NCBI GenBank assembly: GCA_001818315.1
Contig: MHKF01000006.1
Location: 17,148-81,147, forward strand
Direction: 5' to 3'
Length of the DNA stretch: 64,000 nucleotides
Source: Candidatus Kerfeldbacteria bacterium RIFCSPLOWO2_02_FULL_42_19
GTDB lineage: Bacteria; Patescibacteriota; Patescibacteriia; HO2-48-17
Shown here piece after piece: positions 1 through 9,480 of this stretch. How positions within the stretch are numbered: the stretch's first letter is position 1; each line of letters opens with the position of its first letter. The notes under the pieces were generated by a model. That model was not told the DNA's origin, searched no databases, and saw only the letters and a program-made list of their open reading frames with translations. The translations under genes were made by a program, and so were the position numbers.

Positions 1-629
1 AGCATTCCGAAACAGATAATAATCAGCGCAAACATTCGGCCGGTGCGGAGATGTACAAACTTCGCGAAAAATAATGCCGTAATCGGCGCAAGATAGAGTC
101 CAACGGCATTTGGATATCCGTACACGCTCGTAGCGCGCCTCCACAATTCCGCATTCCAAGGTTCCGGAATGCCGAAACCCGTCGCATATTGAAAGACGGC
201 AATACTGGCAATAAGACATACGGAAATGCCGAGCGCAATGAAAATATGTCCAAAATTTTTTTGCTCAAAGACATGAGTAAGGACGACGAAAAAGAGCATC
301 GGTTCAACAATATAAGCCTTCAAAATGCCTAAGCCAGCGTGGAGATCAGGAGTAACGAAGAGCGCAATGCCGGAAGCAAGAAGTAATAATACGCACGGTA
401 TCCACCAACGACCGATGCGCATCGTATGCCGATTTCGGAAGAAAAAAGTAAAGAAAAGTATGAGAATCATTGCTTCAAGGAGCGTTGCAGGAAGGGCGAA
501 AATTTCAAATCGTATCACATACGTTGGGAGCGCGGAAAGAATAATATACGCGGTTAATTTTGGAGAACGAAACGCAAGAAAACCAAAAAGAAGAAGGAAA
601 ATGGAAAGGATGATGTAAAAAAAATCCAT
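1..629 (-). CDS. O-antigen ligase/polymerase (Wzy_C)-like membrane protein, 3' end outside window
   Basis: Not in the ORF track. Manual translation from ATG at 629 gives [24 protein letters not shown]...[20 protein letters not shown]..., hydrophobic with the RxxSxxxxPN motif and open to the window edge. Confidence 0.75.
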   Translation of the reverse strand, partial: MDFFYIILSIFLLLFGFLAFRSPKLTAYIILSALPTYVIRFEIFALPATLLEAMILILFFTFFFRNRHTMRIGRWWIPCVLLLLASGIALFVTPDLHAGLGILKAYIVEPMLFFVVLTHVFEQKNFGHIFIALGISVCLIASIAVFQYATGFGIPEPWNAELWRRATSVYGYPNAVGLYLAPITALFFAKFVHLRTGRMFALIIICFGM

Positions 630-632
630 ATG

Positions 633-2045
633 TCACGCAGTTTTTGTTGATCGCAGAGCGAGATTTTGTATGCTGACGAGCAGTCCAATCAAAAACCACA
701 CTTGCATAATATAGAGTACTGAAAAAGTTTGATATTGCACAAGCATCGCTATAAAGGCACATGTGCTTCCAACAAGCATCGCACGAAGAAAAGAATCACG
801 ATTCACACGCAGCGCTTTCACCGAGCGCAACAACAAAATACTCACAATAATCAAAAAAGTAAAGAAACCTAACAACCCAACCTCACTGAGGAGCTCCAAA
901 AATTCATTATTCACAATCTTCCAACCTTCCTTCGGTACGACGTAAGGATGGATGGACATAAACGGACCGAATCCACCAACGCCGACGCCAATCCATGGGT
1001 GAGATATAAAGGCGCGTCGTGCGTATTCGAATGTTGCAAGACGTTCTTCAAAGGAAGCGCCAGAAAACACGTTTTGAGTATGCGTAAGAAATTTTTCCCA
1101 TGCATTATCGATATTCAAAAAACGGATTGCAAGCAACCCAACGACAAGCACCGCGATAGAAAAAGTGGCAATGCGCTTAAGACTCAGCACATTTCGAAGA
1201 GAGAAAACGGTAATACCGAGTATCATCACAAAAAAAGCTATATACCCGCCGCGTGAAACAGTCAAAATAAGATTCAAAGACCCCACAATCAGGATAAAAA
1301 AGAGCCATCGCAAGCGAAAATGAACAGATTTACTTAAAAAAAGAGCGTAGGCGAAACCCAAAGGCAAGAGAAGAAAATGAGCAAAATAGAGCGGCTCAAG
1401 TGCAGTCGATTGCACCCGTGGAAATCCCAGAATATCTTTCGTATAGAGTTCACGAAGTCCTGTTATTTCCGTCGGCAAACCTATAAAATCACCTATAAAC
1501 TGATACATCCCAAAAACGCTTACAACAGCTGTGCTCACGAAAACTACACGAGTCGCAGTAAGTATATTGTCCGAACGAGTCATTATCTGCGGAATGAGTA
1601 AAGCGAGCGATGATGTAAACACCGTAAAAGCGAGGACGAGCAAAGAACGGTGAATATTTTCAGCATTCACAAGTGAAAGAGTGTTGAGAGCAAAAAAAAG
1701 CAGCAGAGGAAAAAACAAAGGATTTTTTTGGAAGGTCAGACGTTGCTCCAGAATGCCGCGCGCTAGCCATCCTATAAGAGTAAGAAAAAAAAGAACTTGA
1801 CTTATACGTACCGTCGCACCAAGGACATCGTACGACCCGATACGTTCAAAAGGCAGAAAAAAAGTCATAGCATAAAAACCGAAATATGGATTGCGCAGGA
1901 TCAACCAAGCACTAAAAATAAAAAGTACCGCACCTAAGGCCATGAACGGAGAAAGAGCGGCAGTAAATTGTAAAAATAACAATAGGCCTGCGATGCCAAA
2001 AATCCCAAGGTATGATAAAGATGAAGAACGCAGCGTGTAGAACAT
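633..2045 (-). CDS. O-antigen ligase family (Wzy_C) membrane protein
   Basis: Multi-TM protein with RVQSTALEP, LTVSRGG and HPWIGVGVGGF motifs. Start moved to ATG 2045 (MFYTLRSS) to avoid overlapping the GT gene. Confidence 0.8.
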   Translation of the reverse strand: MFYTLRSSSLSYLGIFGIAGLLLFLQFTAALSPFMALGAVLFIFSAWLILRNPYFGFYAMTFFLPFERIGSYDVLGATVRISQVLFFLTLIGWLARGILEQRLTFQKNPLFFPLLLFFALNTLSLVNAENIHRSLLVLAFTVFTSSLALLIPQIMTRSDNILTATRVVFVSTAVVSVFGMYQFIGDFIGLPTEITGLRELYTKDILGFPRVQSTALEPLYFAHFLLLPLGFAYALFLSKSVHFRLRWLFFILIVGSLNLILTVSRGGYIAFFVMILGITVFSLRNVLSLKRIATFSIAVLVVGLLAIRFLNIDNAWEKFLTHTQNVFSGASFEERLATFEYARRAFISHPWIGVGVGGFGPFMSIHPYVVPKEGWKIVNNEFLELLSEVGLLGFFTFLIIVSILLLRSVKALRVNRDSFLRAMLVGSTCAFIAMLVQYQTFSVLYIMQVWFLIGLLVSIQNLALRSTKTA

Positions 2046-2046
2046 A

Positions 2047-3165
2047 TTACAAAAGGATTGAAAAGCGAGAAAGCATTGTCTCGAGCGAAAATTGTGCGGC
2101 GACTTTCGCGCTGCCGCGTCGAGCTGATTCGAGCGCGTCAGTATAATGATGATAGGTAAAAAGTATTTGTTCCACAAGCGCTTCAACATTACCAGGATGT
2201 ACGAGATATCCAGTTTTGTTATGTTCGATAATTTCTGGCACCCCGCCAATATCAGAAGCAATGACTGGAACTTTCGCGCACAATGCTTCAAGTACAATAA
2301 TGCCAAAAGATTCACGTTTTACAGAAGGCAGAATCAAAACATGCAAATTTTTGAGCCATTTCTGAACATCCAGCTGAAACCCAACAAAAGTCACACGATC
2401 TAAGATACCAAATTCTCGTGCAAGCCATTCAAGATGACGCCTGGAAGATCCATGGCCAATAATAATGCCACGTATGTGCGGTAAAGAGAAACGAACTTCT
2501 TGAATCGCACGAAGCAAAATATCCACGCCCTTCTCCGGTTCTAAACGACCCACATAACCAAGTGTAAAATGTTTCGTCGGGTCTGGGAGATGTTTACGCT
2601 CAACAGTCCACGCATCAATACGCAATCCATAAGGAATGACATGAATACGTTTTTGCAGGACCCCGAGTTGTATAAAGGAATGAGCAGCATCTTGCGAAGG
2701 CGTAACGATAGACGCAAGACGCGAAAAGGCAACATACAGGGGACGAAAAGGATTCAGAACAAGCCAACGTCCACATGCAACATGTTCAATCCACAGCACC
2801 CGCATTCCTAGAAGTCTCGCAACAGGCGTGATGAGTATTTTTTCTGTTAAAGAAAGGCAGTAGAGTGTTTGCACTCGGTAACCAATACGAAAATAGATGA
2901 GGATGGAAGATAAAATACAAAACGCAAACAGTGCAACGAAAGGAAATAAAAAAACAGTGCCATATGAAACAGGCTCTTTTATAAATGGGAGTCGCCACGT
3001 CGATATCTGACGTCGCCGAAATTCTGGCACAAGGACTGAGCACGATGACACAAGAAAGAATTCAAATCCATGAGTTTGTAATCCTTCCACAAGATCAAGT
3101 GTATGTCGTTCACCCCCGCCAAAAAGTGAAGAATAGGGAAATTTATATATGAGAACGCGTTTCAT
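2047..3165 (-). CDS. Glycosyltransferase family 4 (GT-B)
   Basis: FGGGERH, YVGRLEPEKG, ESFGIIVLEA and SDIGGVPEII motifs; likely start MKRVLIYK. Confidence 0.9.
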   Translation of the reverse strand: MKRVLIYKFPYSSLFGGGERHTLDLVEGLQTHGFEFFLVSSCSVLVPEFRRRQISTWRLPFIKEPVSYGTVFLFPFVALFAFCILSSILIYFRIGYRVQTLYCLSLTEKILITPVARLLGMRVLWIEHVACGRWLVLNPFRPLYVAFSRLASIVTPSQDAAHSFIQLGVLQKRIHVIPYGLRIDAWTVERKHLPDPTKHFTLGYVGRLEPEKGVDILLRAIQEVRFSLPHIRGIIIGHGSSRRHLEWLAREFGILDRVTFVGFQLDVQKWLKNLHVLILPSVKRESFGIIVLEALCAKVPVIASDIGGVPEIIEHNKTGYLVHPGNVEALVEQILFTYHHYTDALESARRGSAKVAAQFSLETMLSRFSILL

Positions 3166-3191
3166 GCAGTGCGAAATCAACATGTAAGTAT

Positions 3192-4670
3192 CTAGCGTAA
3201 TTTGAGAATATCTCGGATCATTGTTTTCGTAAAGCCTCGGAAAAAGTACAGCAGCACAAGATATATGAAGCCTCCAAAACCCAGTAAAATGAGAAGAGTC
3301 AAAGACTGGAGGATAAAATTTTTATGTATCCAGAGCGAGCCAAAAGAAGAAGCAAGGAGTGTCGATCGTAGGACGTACACGAGAGCGCCCATGATCATTG
3401 AGGCGACTAAAGATTTTAGAAATACACGATAAGAAAAACGTACCCGTGTGGTACGGAGCACAACGAACATAACAGCAAACATGATAGATCCTTCAGCAAA
3501 AATAGTCACCGCTGCCGCACCGACATAGGAATAGAAAGGAATAAAAATGATATAGCCGATAAAAGAAAGAAAAGCGACTCCAGCGTACACCCACAACATA
3601 GTTTTCTGTTGACGTATGACAACGATAGTATGTCCAAAAAGACTCCCAAGAAAAATAGCCGTCGTAGCAAAAGCGAGGAGTCGCAATGGAAGCGCGGCCT
3701 GAGTGAATTCAGTTCCACTCACGAGTACCATAACATCTTCTGCAAAAATCAGTAGCGTAAAAAGCATCGGTAGCGCGATAATCGTCATCGCATTAAACCC
3801 TTCTTGAAGATACCGACGAAAACGCTCCATGTCGTGCTGAGCAAAAGCCTGTGAAAGAAGCGGTAGAAGCAATCCGGCAAACATTGCTGGAAATGTAATA
3901 AGCACTTCCAGAACTTTATAAGCAGCGCCGTAGATTCCAACAGCGTACACAGGTTGCACAAGCGAGAGAATAAGCGTATCTGCTTTAAAATAAATCAGAT
4001 TAAAAACAATGGAGAAAGCGACAGGCCAGGTTTCCTGAAGAATTTTTTTCCATAAAACAAAATCAAAAGCCAAGTGAATACGTATATATTTTTTCGCAAA
4101 CAAAAACGTTATCAAAAATTGTGTAAAACTTCCGGCAACGACGCAAAACATTACAAGGAGTAAATTGCCATGAAAATATATTGTCACACCGGTAATAGTG
4201 ACTAAGATAATACGGCCAGCTATTTCAGCAAGCGAAGTTTGGTACGTTACGAGATGTTTTTGGAACACGCCTAAAAGTATTTGTGTTAAAGATATAAATA
4301 AAAAAGATGCCGCAGTCACAAGGATACCGACATGTACAATCGTTGGGTATGGAAGGAACAAACTCACAAGCGGCGCAAGTCCCAAAAACACAACCGAAGT
4401 TACAATACGGAGCGTAAAAATATTACTCATGACTCTATCGGCATCGCACTGAGGGTCGGAGATGTATTTAATGACAATAATGTATAATCCGAGATCAATG
4501 AGCATCCCAAAAAATTGCAACACCGTCATAATCGTTGTGTAGTGCCCAAATCCTACTTGACCCAAATAACGGGTGATCATACCGAGAGCAATAAGACCGA
4601 GAAGTGTGCTGACGACTTTCCCGAATATTTGAAAAAATGTATTATGCGCAATGCGACGCGTTAGGGACAT
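3192..4670 (-). CDS. Wzx-type oligosaccharide flippase (MOP superfamily)
   Basis: About 14 hydrophobic segments; RRIAHNTFFQ, TRYLGQVGFGHY, KADTLILS and VGIYGAAYKV motifs. Confidence 0.88.
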   Translation of the reverse strand: MSLTRRIAHNTFFQIFGKVVSTLLGLIALGMITRYLGQVGFGHYTTIMTVLQFFGMLIDLGLYIIVIKYISDPQCDADRVMSNIFTLRIVTSVVFLGLAPLVSLFLPYPTIVHVGILVTAASFLFISLTQILLGVFQKHLVTYQTSLAEIAGRIILVTITGVTIYFHGNLLLVMFCVVAGSFTQFLITFLFAKKYIRIHLAFDFVLWKKILQETWPVAFSIVFNLIYFKADTLILSLVQPVYAVGIYGAAYKVLEVLITFPAMFAGLLLPLLSQAFAQHDMERFRRYLQEGFNAMTIIALPMLFTLLIFAEDVMVLVSGTEFTQAALPLRLLAFATTAIFLGSLFGHTIVVIRQQKTMLWVYAGVAFLSFIGYIIFIPFYSYVGAAAVTIFAEGSIMFAVMFVVLRTTRVRFSYRVFLKSLVASMIMGALVYVLRSTLLASSFGSLWIHKNFILQSLTLLILLGFGGFIYLVLLYFFRGFTKTMIRDILKLR

Positions 4671-4674
4671 AAAG

Positions 4675-5811
4675 TTAGGAAATATTCAAATGTTTTCGCA
4701 ATACAGTGATAATCATCTCGTGAGCTTGTTGGAGATTTCGTTCTGGAAGTGTAAGTTTCAGGATATGCCCAGACATGTATGGAACGTATGCTGCGAAAAG
4801 TGTATGTGCTTGAAGGCGTATATAGTGTGGCACATGAAGGAGCGCAGTAGAACCTTGAGTCTGTATATATACCATCAGTATAGAAGAAGCCTCCGGAACA
4901 TGCATCATGAGTTCTTCAATAAGGCCTTGGAGATCATTTGCATGACTCGAGGTTTTTTCAAAATCGCTTGACTCAATCAGGACCGATACTATACGAGTTT
5001 TCGGATCAAAAGAAAACTTTTGCAAAATTTCACCCCAGAGTTTTATAGCGGTAAAAGATTTTTTGTAGTAAAGTTCGTGGACAATATCCGAAAATCGAGC
5101 GCCTTGTTCCACAAGACTACTTGTGACGGCGAGAGAACGTGGCGTGATACGATTGCGAAATGCATGCGTTTTAGAAATAATGCCGGTAAGCAATAATGTC
5201 GCAAGATCAGCATCCAGTGATTGCACAGGTCGACCTAATACATGGAGGAGTATCTCAGTATTTGATGTGGCTGTAATATCAATAAGATTCACCGCACCGA
5301 AGTGTTCATTTTCTGGATGGTGATCAATATTAACGAGAGGAGTAAGATAAAAAAAATCAGAATATTCCTGATAGAGATGATCAAGCTGTGCGAGGTCTTG
5401 CACGTCGAAAGTAATAATAAGATCAAAAGCAAACATGCGTGAGGATGTAAAAGTTTCGATGGGTTCAAGATGCGGTCGTTCCGGTGTAATAAAAAAAGAA
5501 AGTTGATCATCGACAACTTCATAATGCAACGCTTTAAATCCCATGTGAGCAAGATTCAATGTAATCACCAATGTACGCAACTCTGGAACAGTGGATGAAA
5601 CATGATGCTGTTCGAAAAGTGTAAAATTTTGTTGCGGCACAAAATTAGGACTGACAAGTTTTACGTATTTACCTTGTTTTTTCAGGATCGACATCAGCGC
5701 AATGCCAGAAACGATTGCATCAATGGAAGGACTCGCCGCTGGCAAGCAAATAAGAATGTGTTGTTTATCAGTAATAAGTAAACGGAACTGTTGCTCGAGA
5801 GAACGAGCCAT
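4675..5811 (-). CDS. DHH-family phosphoesterase (NrnA-like, divergent)
   Basis: LVNIDHHPEN and DLATLLLTGIISKT motifs; the first DxD motif is degenerate (PSID). Likely start MARSLEQQ. Confidence 0.75.
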   Translation of the reverse strand: MARSLEQQFRLLITDKQHILICLPAASPSIDAIVSGIALMSILKKQGKYVKLVSPNFVPQQNFTLFEQHHVSSTVPELRTLVITLNLAHMGFKALHYEVVDDQLSFFITPERPHLEPIETFTSSRMFAFDLIITFDVQDLAQLDHLYQEYSDFFYLTPLVNIDHHPENEHFGAVNLIDITATSNTEILLHVLGRPVQSLDADLATLLLTGIISKTHAFRNRITPRSLAVTSSLVEQGARFSDIVHELYYKKSFTAIKLWGEILQKFSFDPKTRIVSVLIESSDFEKTSSHANDLQGLIEELMMHVPEASSILMVYIQTQGSTALLHVPHYIRLQAHTLFAAYVPYMSGHILKLTLPERNLQQAHEMIITVLRKHLNIS

Positions 5812-5853
5812 AGAGCGGCTATTAAAAAAAGATGAAAACAATATGAGCCATTT

Positions 5854-5882
5854 ACAATATCGATTCTCGTGCGAAGTGTCAA
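5854..5882 (-). promoter_or_regulatory. Sigma70-like promoter for the DHH-glycan gene block
   Basis: TTGACA-17 bp-TATTGT on the minus strand. Confidence 0.45.
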
Positions 5883-5991
5883 GACATTCTTAAACGATGT
5901 CAACAGGAAATAGAAATATCATACTTTAGATAATTGATGCTTTTTGATATACTATAAAGAGTCAAGATGAACGTCATTGAAAATTTTAAAA

Positions 5992-7107
5992 ATGTCCATG
6001 CCGAATATGGACATGCAAAATACAAATCAAAAAAATATTTGGTGGAAAAGCTGTCGCGATCAAGGGTTAGGACTCTGGGAATGCCCAAGTTTTCTTTTTA
6101 TCTTTGCTGGGATAGTCACGATAATCCTCATGCTTGTCGCATATTTCGTTGCCAGTTTCTATGCGAGTCCTGAAATCGCAATTGCAAGTATTGCTTCAGT
6201 GACGATATTCATGGTTATCATTTCATATATTGTTGATCGAGCGATGAACAAAGTCGCAAGAGCGAGAAAAGAACTCATGCAGTCAAATGCACTGCTACAA
6301 AAAGCACTGCATAAAGCACAAAAATCGGATACGCTGCGAGAGAATTTTGTGAGTATGATTGTACACGATCTTCGTGCGCCACTCGTAGGAATTCGTTTCC
6401 TTGCCGAATCATTACAAAATTCAAAACGTATTGTTTCACTCACAGAATGTCATCTCAGCGGCAAAGCGATCGAAGCAAGCACCCAAAAAATGTTACGATT
6501 CGTGCAGAATCTTTTACTCGTACAGAAAATTGAAGCCAAAGCATTTCCGATCATCAAAAAAAATGTGAATATTACGCCACTTCTTAGGTCGCAGATAGCG
6601 AGTCAGAAAGCATTTGCTCAAAAACGCAACGTTACATTAAAATTATTCATCCCAAAGAAATTACCAACGTGTTTTTGTGATCCGGAAAACACGGAAAGAA
6701 TCATTGAAAATCTTATCCATAACGCTGTGAAATATACAAAAGAAAAAAGCACAATCAGCATCGGTGTTTTTTTGCACACACCGGGAAAAAGTATGCGAGA
6801 AGAAGCAAAACAATTTCGAATACCCTGGCATGCACCAACACAAGATGAAAATTTCACACACGCTTCAGCGGCTCTGGGAATCGCTGTGACAGATGCAGGT
6901 CAAGGTGTGCCGCAGAAAGAGCAACAAAAAATATTTGATAAGTTTCACCAAATCATTGCACATCAAAAGAAGACTGAGGGCGTCGGACTCGGCCTTGCTA
7001 TTGCGAAAGGTATTACACAAGCCCAAGGCGGTATTATTGGTGTCACCTCGGTAAAAGGACGCGGCGCAACTTTTTATTGTACCATTCCTATAAAGTCAAA
7101 AGTATGA
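5992..7107 (+). CDS. Membrane-bound sensor histidine kinase
   Basis: Two TM helices, H-box HDLRAPL, N-box ENLIHNAVKY, DAGQG, GVGLGLAI. Exact start uncertain. Confidence 0.9.
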   Translation: MSMPNMDMQNTNQKNIWWKSCRDQGLGLWECPSFLFIFAGIVTIILMLVAYFVASFYASPEIAIASIASVTIFMVIISYIVDRAMNKVARARKELMQSNALLQKALHKAQKSDTLRENFVSMIVHDLRAPLVGIRFLAESLQNSKRIVSLTECHLSGKAIEASTQKMLRFVQNLLLVQKIEAKAFPIIKKNVNITPLLRSQIASQKAFAQKRNVTLKLFIPKKLPTCFCDPENTERIIENLIHNAVKYTKEKSTISIGVFLHTPGKSMREEAKQFRIPWHAPTQDENFTHASAALGIAVTDAGQGVPQKEQQKIFDKFHQIIAHQKKTEGVGLGLAIAKGITQAQGGIIGVTSVKGRGATFYCTIPIKSKV

Positions 7108-7478
7108 CGGACATCAAGAAAAACATCTTCATCATAGAAGATGATGCAGCGTTGCGTCTCGCGCTCGTCAGTCATTTAAAAAGAAATTATAAGGTCAGTG
7201 AAGCGGAAGACGGAGAACAAGCTATAGATATGCTCAGCACACTCAGACCTGATCTTATACTGCTCGATATTAAGATGCCCAAAATAAATGGTATAGAAGT
7301 TTTGAAATACATGCGAAGGAAAACTATGCTTAAAAATACACCTGTGATTATTATTTCCCAATTTGATGCCCCAACGTTGATTGCCCAAGGGCTTCTGCTT
7401 GGAGCTAAAGATTACCTTGCAAAAGCAAATTATACATTGGAGGATATAGCAGAGATGATAAAAACACGCTTACGATGA
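7104..7478 (+). CDS. Single-domain response regulator (receiver only)
   Basis: IIEDD, PDLILLDIKMPKING, GAKDYLAK; ATGA overlap with the kinase stop. Confidence 0.9.
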   Translation: MTDIKKNIFIIEDDAALRLALVSHLKRNYKVSEAEDGEQAIDMLSTLRPDLILLDIKMPKINGIEVLKYMRRKTMLKNTPVIIISQFDAPTLIAQGLLLGAKDYLAKANYTLEDIAEMIKTRLR

Positions 7479-7505
7479 ATTTCGGTGACCTCACATTCCC
7501 CATGA

Positions 7506-7674
7506 GGCTGTCGCCGAATGTTATTTCTTGTGCAATGCGCATAGAAAAAGAGGAAGAAGACTCTCGCTTTCGAAGCACTGACAGTGCACAGTGTGCTGAG
7601 AAAGGAGAGTATTTTTCCTCTTTTTCTATGATCAAAAGCATGTTTCACGGATGAAAGCGCATTCGGCGACAGCC
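7506..7674. repeat. Long nested palindromic element, family A copy 1
   Basis: Outer IR ggctgtcgccgaatg (7506-7520)/cattcggcgacagcc (7660-7674). Inner imperfect IR 7540-7571/7600-7630 encloses a 28-nt core that matches the copy at 23236-23263 at 27/28 positions. Confidence 0.85.
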
Positions 7675-7682
7675 CACTCACT

Positions 7683-8195
7683 TCAGACGCGATAGACTTT
7701 TAATCGCCCGCGTATTTCAATGGGTTCCCAATCTGGAAAACGAAATCCAAAAGAAATAACATACACACCTTTACGACACTCGCGTTGAATTTTTGATTGC
7801 AGCCGTTGCATGATATGCGGAATGCCATAGACAAACAGAGCGTCGGCATTTGAGAGATGTATGTTCCAAAAATTGCAACAGAGAATGGTACAGTATTGAC
7901 GAGTGCCGGAGAGTTGGATACGCAACCACGTAAGAGCACAGAGTACGGGATTGATTTCGTAGCCGAGAGCACGAATGTGTGATTTCGCCGCCGCAATGAG
8001 AATACTGCCGTCGCCAGAACCCAGATCAATCAAGGTTTGGCCGCTCGTAAGTCTCGCGAGACGTACGACAGTATCAATTTCTTTGCGCTGCATGGGAACA
8101 TATGGTGCACCGGTAAAGGCAGATATAATAAAAAAGATACCAAAAACGAGCAACACAAGAAGAATGAAAAGCAGTGCGAGAAGAAAAAGAATCAT
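7683..8195 (-). CDS. Class I SAM-dependent methyltransferase with N-terminal TM anchor
   Basis: GAPYVP, IDLGSGDG and GYEIN motifs. Confidence 0.85.
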   Translation of the reverse strand: MILFLLALLFILLVLLVFGIFFIISAFTGAPYVPMQRKEIDTVVRLARLTSGQTLIDLGSGDGSILIAAAKSHIRALGYEINPVLCALTWLRIQLSGTRQYCTILCCNFWNIHLSNADALFVYGIPHIMQRLQSKIQRECRKGVYVISFGFRFPDWEPIEIRGRLKVYRV

Positions 8196-8199
8196 ACAG

Positions 8200-9189
8200 T
8201 CAACATATTAATGAAGGATGAGTGACGTTTTTTTTCAGTGCGTGAAATACACGCAACATCTGTTTCCAACGCATTCGACCGCGCGAAAAACTCACAAGGC
8301 AAGCCCAATATTGATTAAAAAGTCGCAGGGTTTCAAATCGGCTTTGTTCTTGTTGGGTGAGTTTGTGGACGCGTTTATAACCACGCAGTACACCTTCAGC
8401 GAAGCCAGGATAATTCCAACTGATTTGTGTAAAAGCAAGATCCTGCATTGGATCACCGCCAACCCAAGTCCCCGGATCAATGAAAGTAATTTTGTATACT
8501 CGATTGCGAGTATCGCGATGAATAAGATAATTGTTGCCGCCAGCATCACCGTGGAGAAGTCTGGGAGTAAAAGAAGTGAGCAGATGATCAGAAAGGAGAT
8601 GCGAGACAAAGAGGAATGATTGTTGCAGTGATGTCGGGGGTGAAATAAGGGCATCAAATTTTCGTCTTAGTGATGTGCGGAGGAGATAACGCCAAGCATG
8701 TTGTGGATGAGCGAACACATGACTGCGAATATTTCCAACGCCATCAACATGTATGCGATGAATACGTGCAAGATATTTGCCAAAAATAATTCCCGCACGC
8801 AACCTTGCATCCTTTCGAAAAACATGTGGAGGTTGTCCGTGAACAAAACTCAGAAAAATAAAATCAAAAGGAATAATTTTTCGGGTAAAATCAGACATCA
8901 AAATGCGCGGCACGGGAATATTATGTAAATGTGCATTTTCAAGAAAGAATGTTTCACTCTCAAGATCTTCTTGCGCTGAAATTTTTAACACCCACGGTTC
9001 ATCATGATACACTGCGACCACAGCACTTTTGGTGCCATAACCAAGTCGTTCGAGACGCGTTGGATGAATATCATAATGTCGTAGTATAGTATGTATATAG
9101 GTGCCAAGATGTTCGAAAAGAGTATATTGACGCTCGGAAAGTCCTGGTTGTTTTCGAATGGATTTTTGGTTGAGTACATGAGTATGCAT
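8200..9189 (-). CDS. Aminoglycoside phosphotransferase (APH)/kinase-like family protein
   Basis: VLKI, IPVPRIL, LLHGDAGGNN and FIDPG...GDPMQDLA motifs. Confidence 0.8.
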   Translation of the reverse strand: MHTHVLNQKSIRKQPGLSERQYTLFEHLGTYIHTILRHYDIHPTRLERLGYGTKSAVVAVYHDEPWVLKISAQEDLESETFFLENAHLHNIPVPRILMSDFTRKIIPFDFIFLSFVHGQPPHVFRKDARLRAGIIFGKYLARIHRIHVDGVGNIRSHVFAHPQHAWRYLLRTSLRRKFDALISPPTSLQQSFLFVSHLLSDHLLTSFTPRLLHGDAGGNNYLIHRDTRNRVYKITFIDPGTWVGGDPMQDLAFTQISWNYPGFAEGVLRGYKRVHKLTQQEQSRFETLRLFNQYWACLVSFSRGRMRWKQMLRVFHALKKNVTHPSLIC

Positions 9190-9208
9190 GACGAAAGTAT
9201 ACAGGAGT

Positions 9209-9237
9209 TTGACTTATTTGAAAAAATGTGGGAGAAT
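9209..9237 (+). promoter_or_regulatory. Putative sigma70 promoter of the tRNA-tRNA-cca unit
   Basis: TTGACT-17 bp-GAGAAT upstream of tRNA-Arg. Confidence 0.4.
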
Positions 9238-9279
9238 TTTGAATGCCAAAAATATCCGAAGTATAGAGGAAAATCATGT

Positions 9280-9353
9280 GTCCCCGTAGCTCAAATGGAA
9301 AGAGCAACTCCCTTCTAAGGAGTAGGTTGCATGTTCGATTCATGCCGGGGACG
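9280..9353 (+). tRNA. tRNA-Arg(TCT), CCA not encoded
   Basis: Acceptor stem GTCCCCG/CGGGGAC, anticodon arm ACTCC-CTTCTAA-GGAGT, T loop TTCGATT. Confidence 0.95.
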
Positions 9354-9384
9354 CCGCAAAACATATGCTATACTTACTTTTGAT

Positions 9385-9456
9385 GGTGGCCATGGTGTAG
9401 TGGTAACACGCGGGGCTGTGGACCCCTCATCGAGGGTTCAATTCCCTCTGGTCACC
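9385..9456 (+). tRNA. tRNA-His(GTG) with encoded G-1, full CCA not encoded
   Basis: Acceptor G-GTGGCCA/TGGTCAC-C, anticodon loop CTGTGGA, T arm GAGGG-TTCAATT-CCCTC. Confidence 0.93.
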
Positions 9457-9480
9457 CACACATACGTTTCCAAATCTCTC

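Noticed and set aside
2046-2315. N-terminal extension of the 633..2315 ORF
   Set aside because: It overlaps the GT4 gene in another frame; ATG 2045 fits the operon packing.
7405-7681. Short ORFs 7405..7641 and 7430..7681
   Set aside because: They are antisense readings of repeat family A with no protein-like features.
9331-9480. N-terminal extension of the cca ORF
   Set aside because: It is read through two tRNA genes; the real start is ATG 9481.
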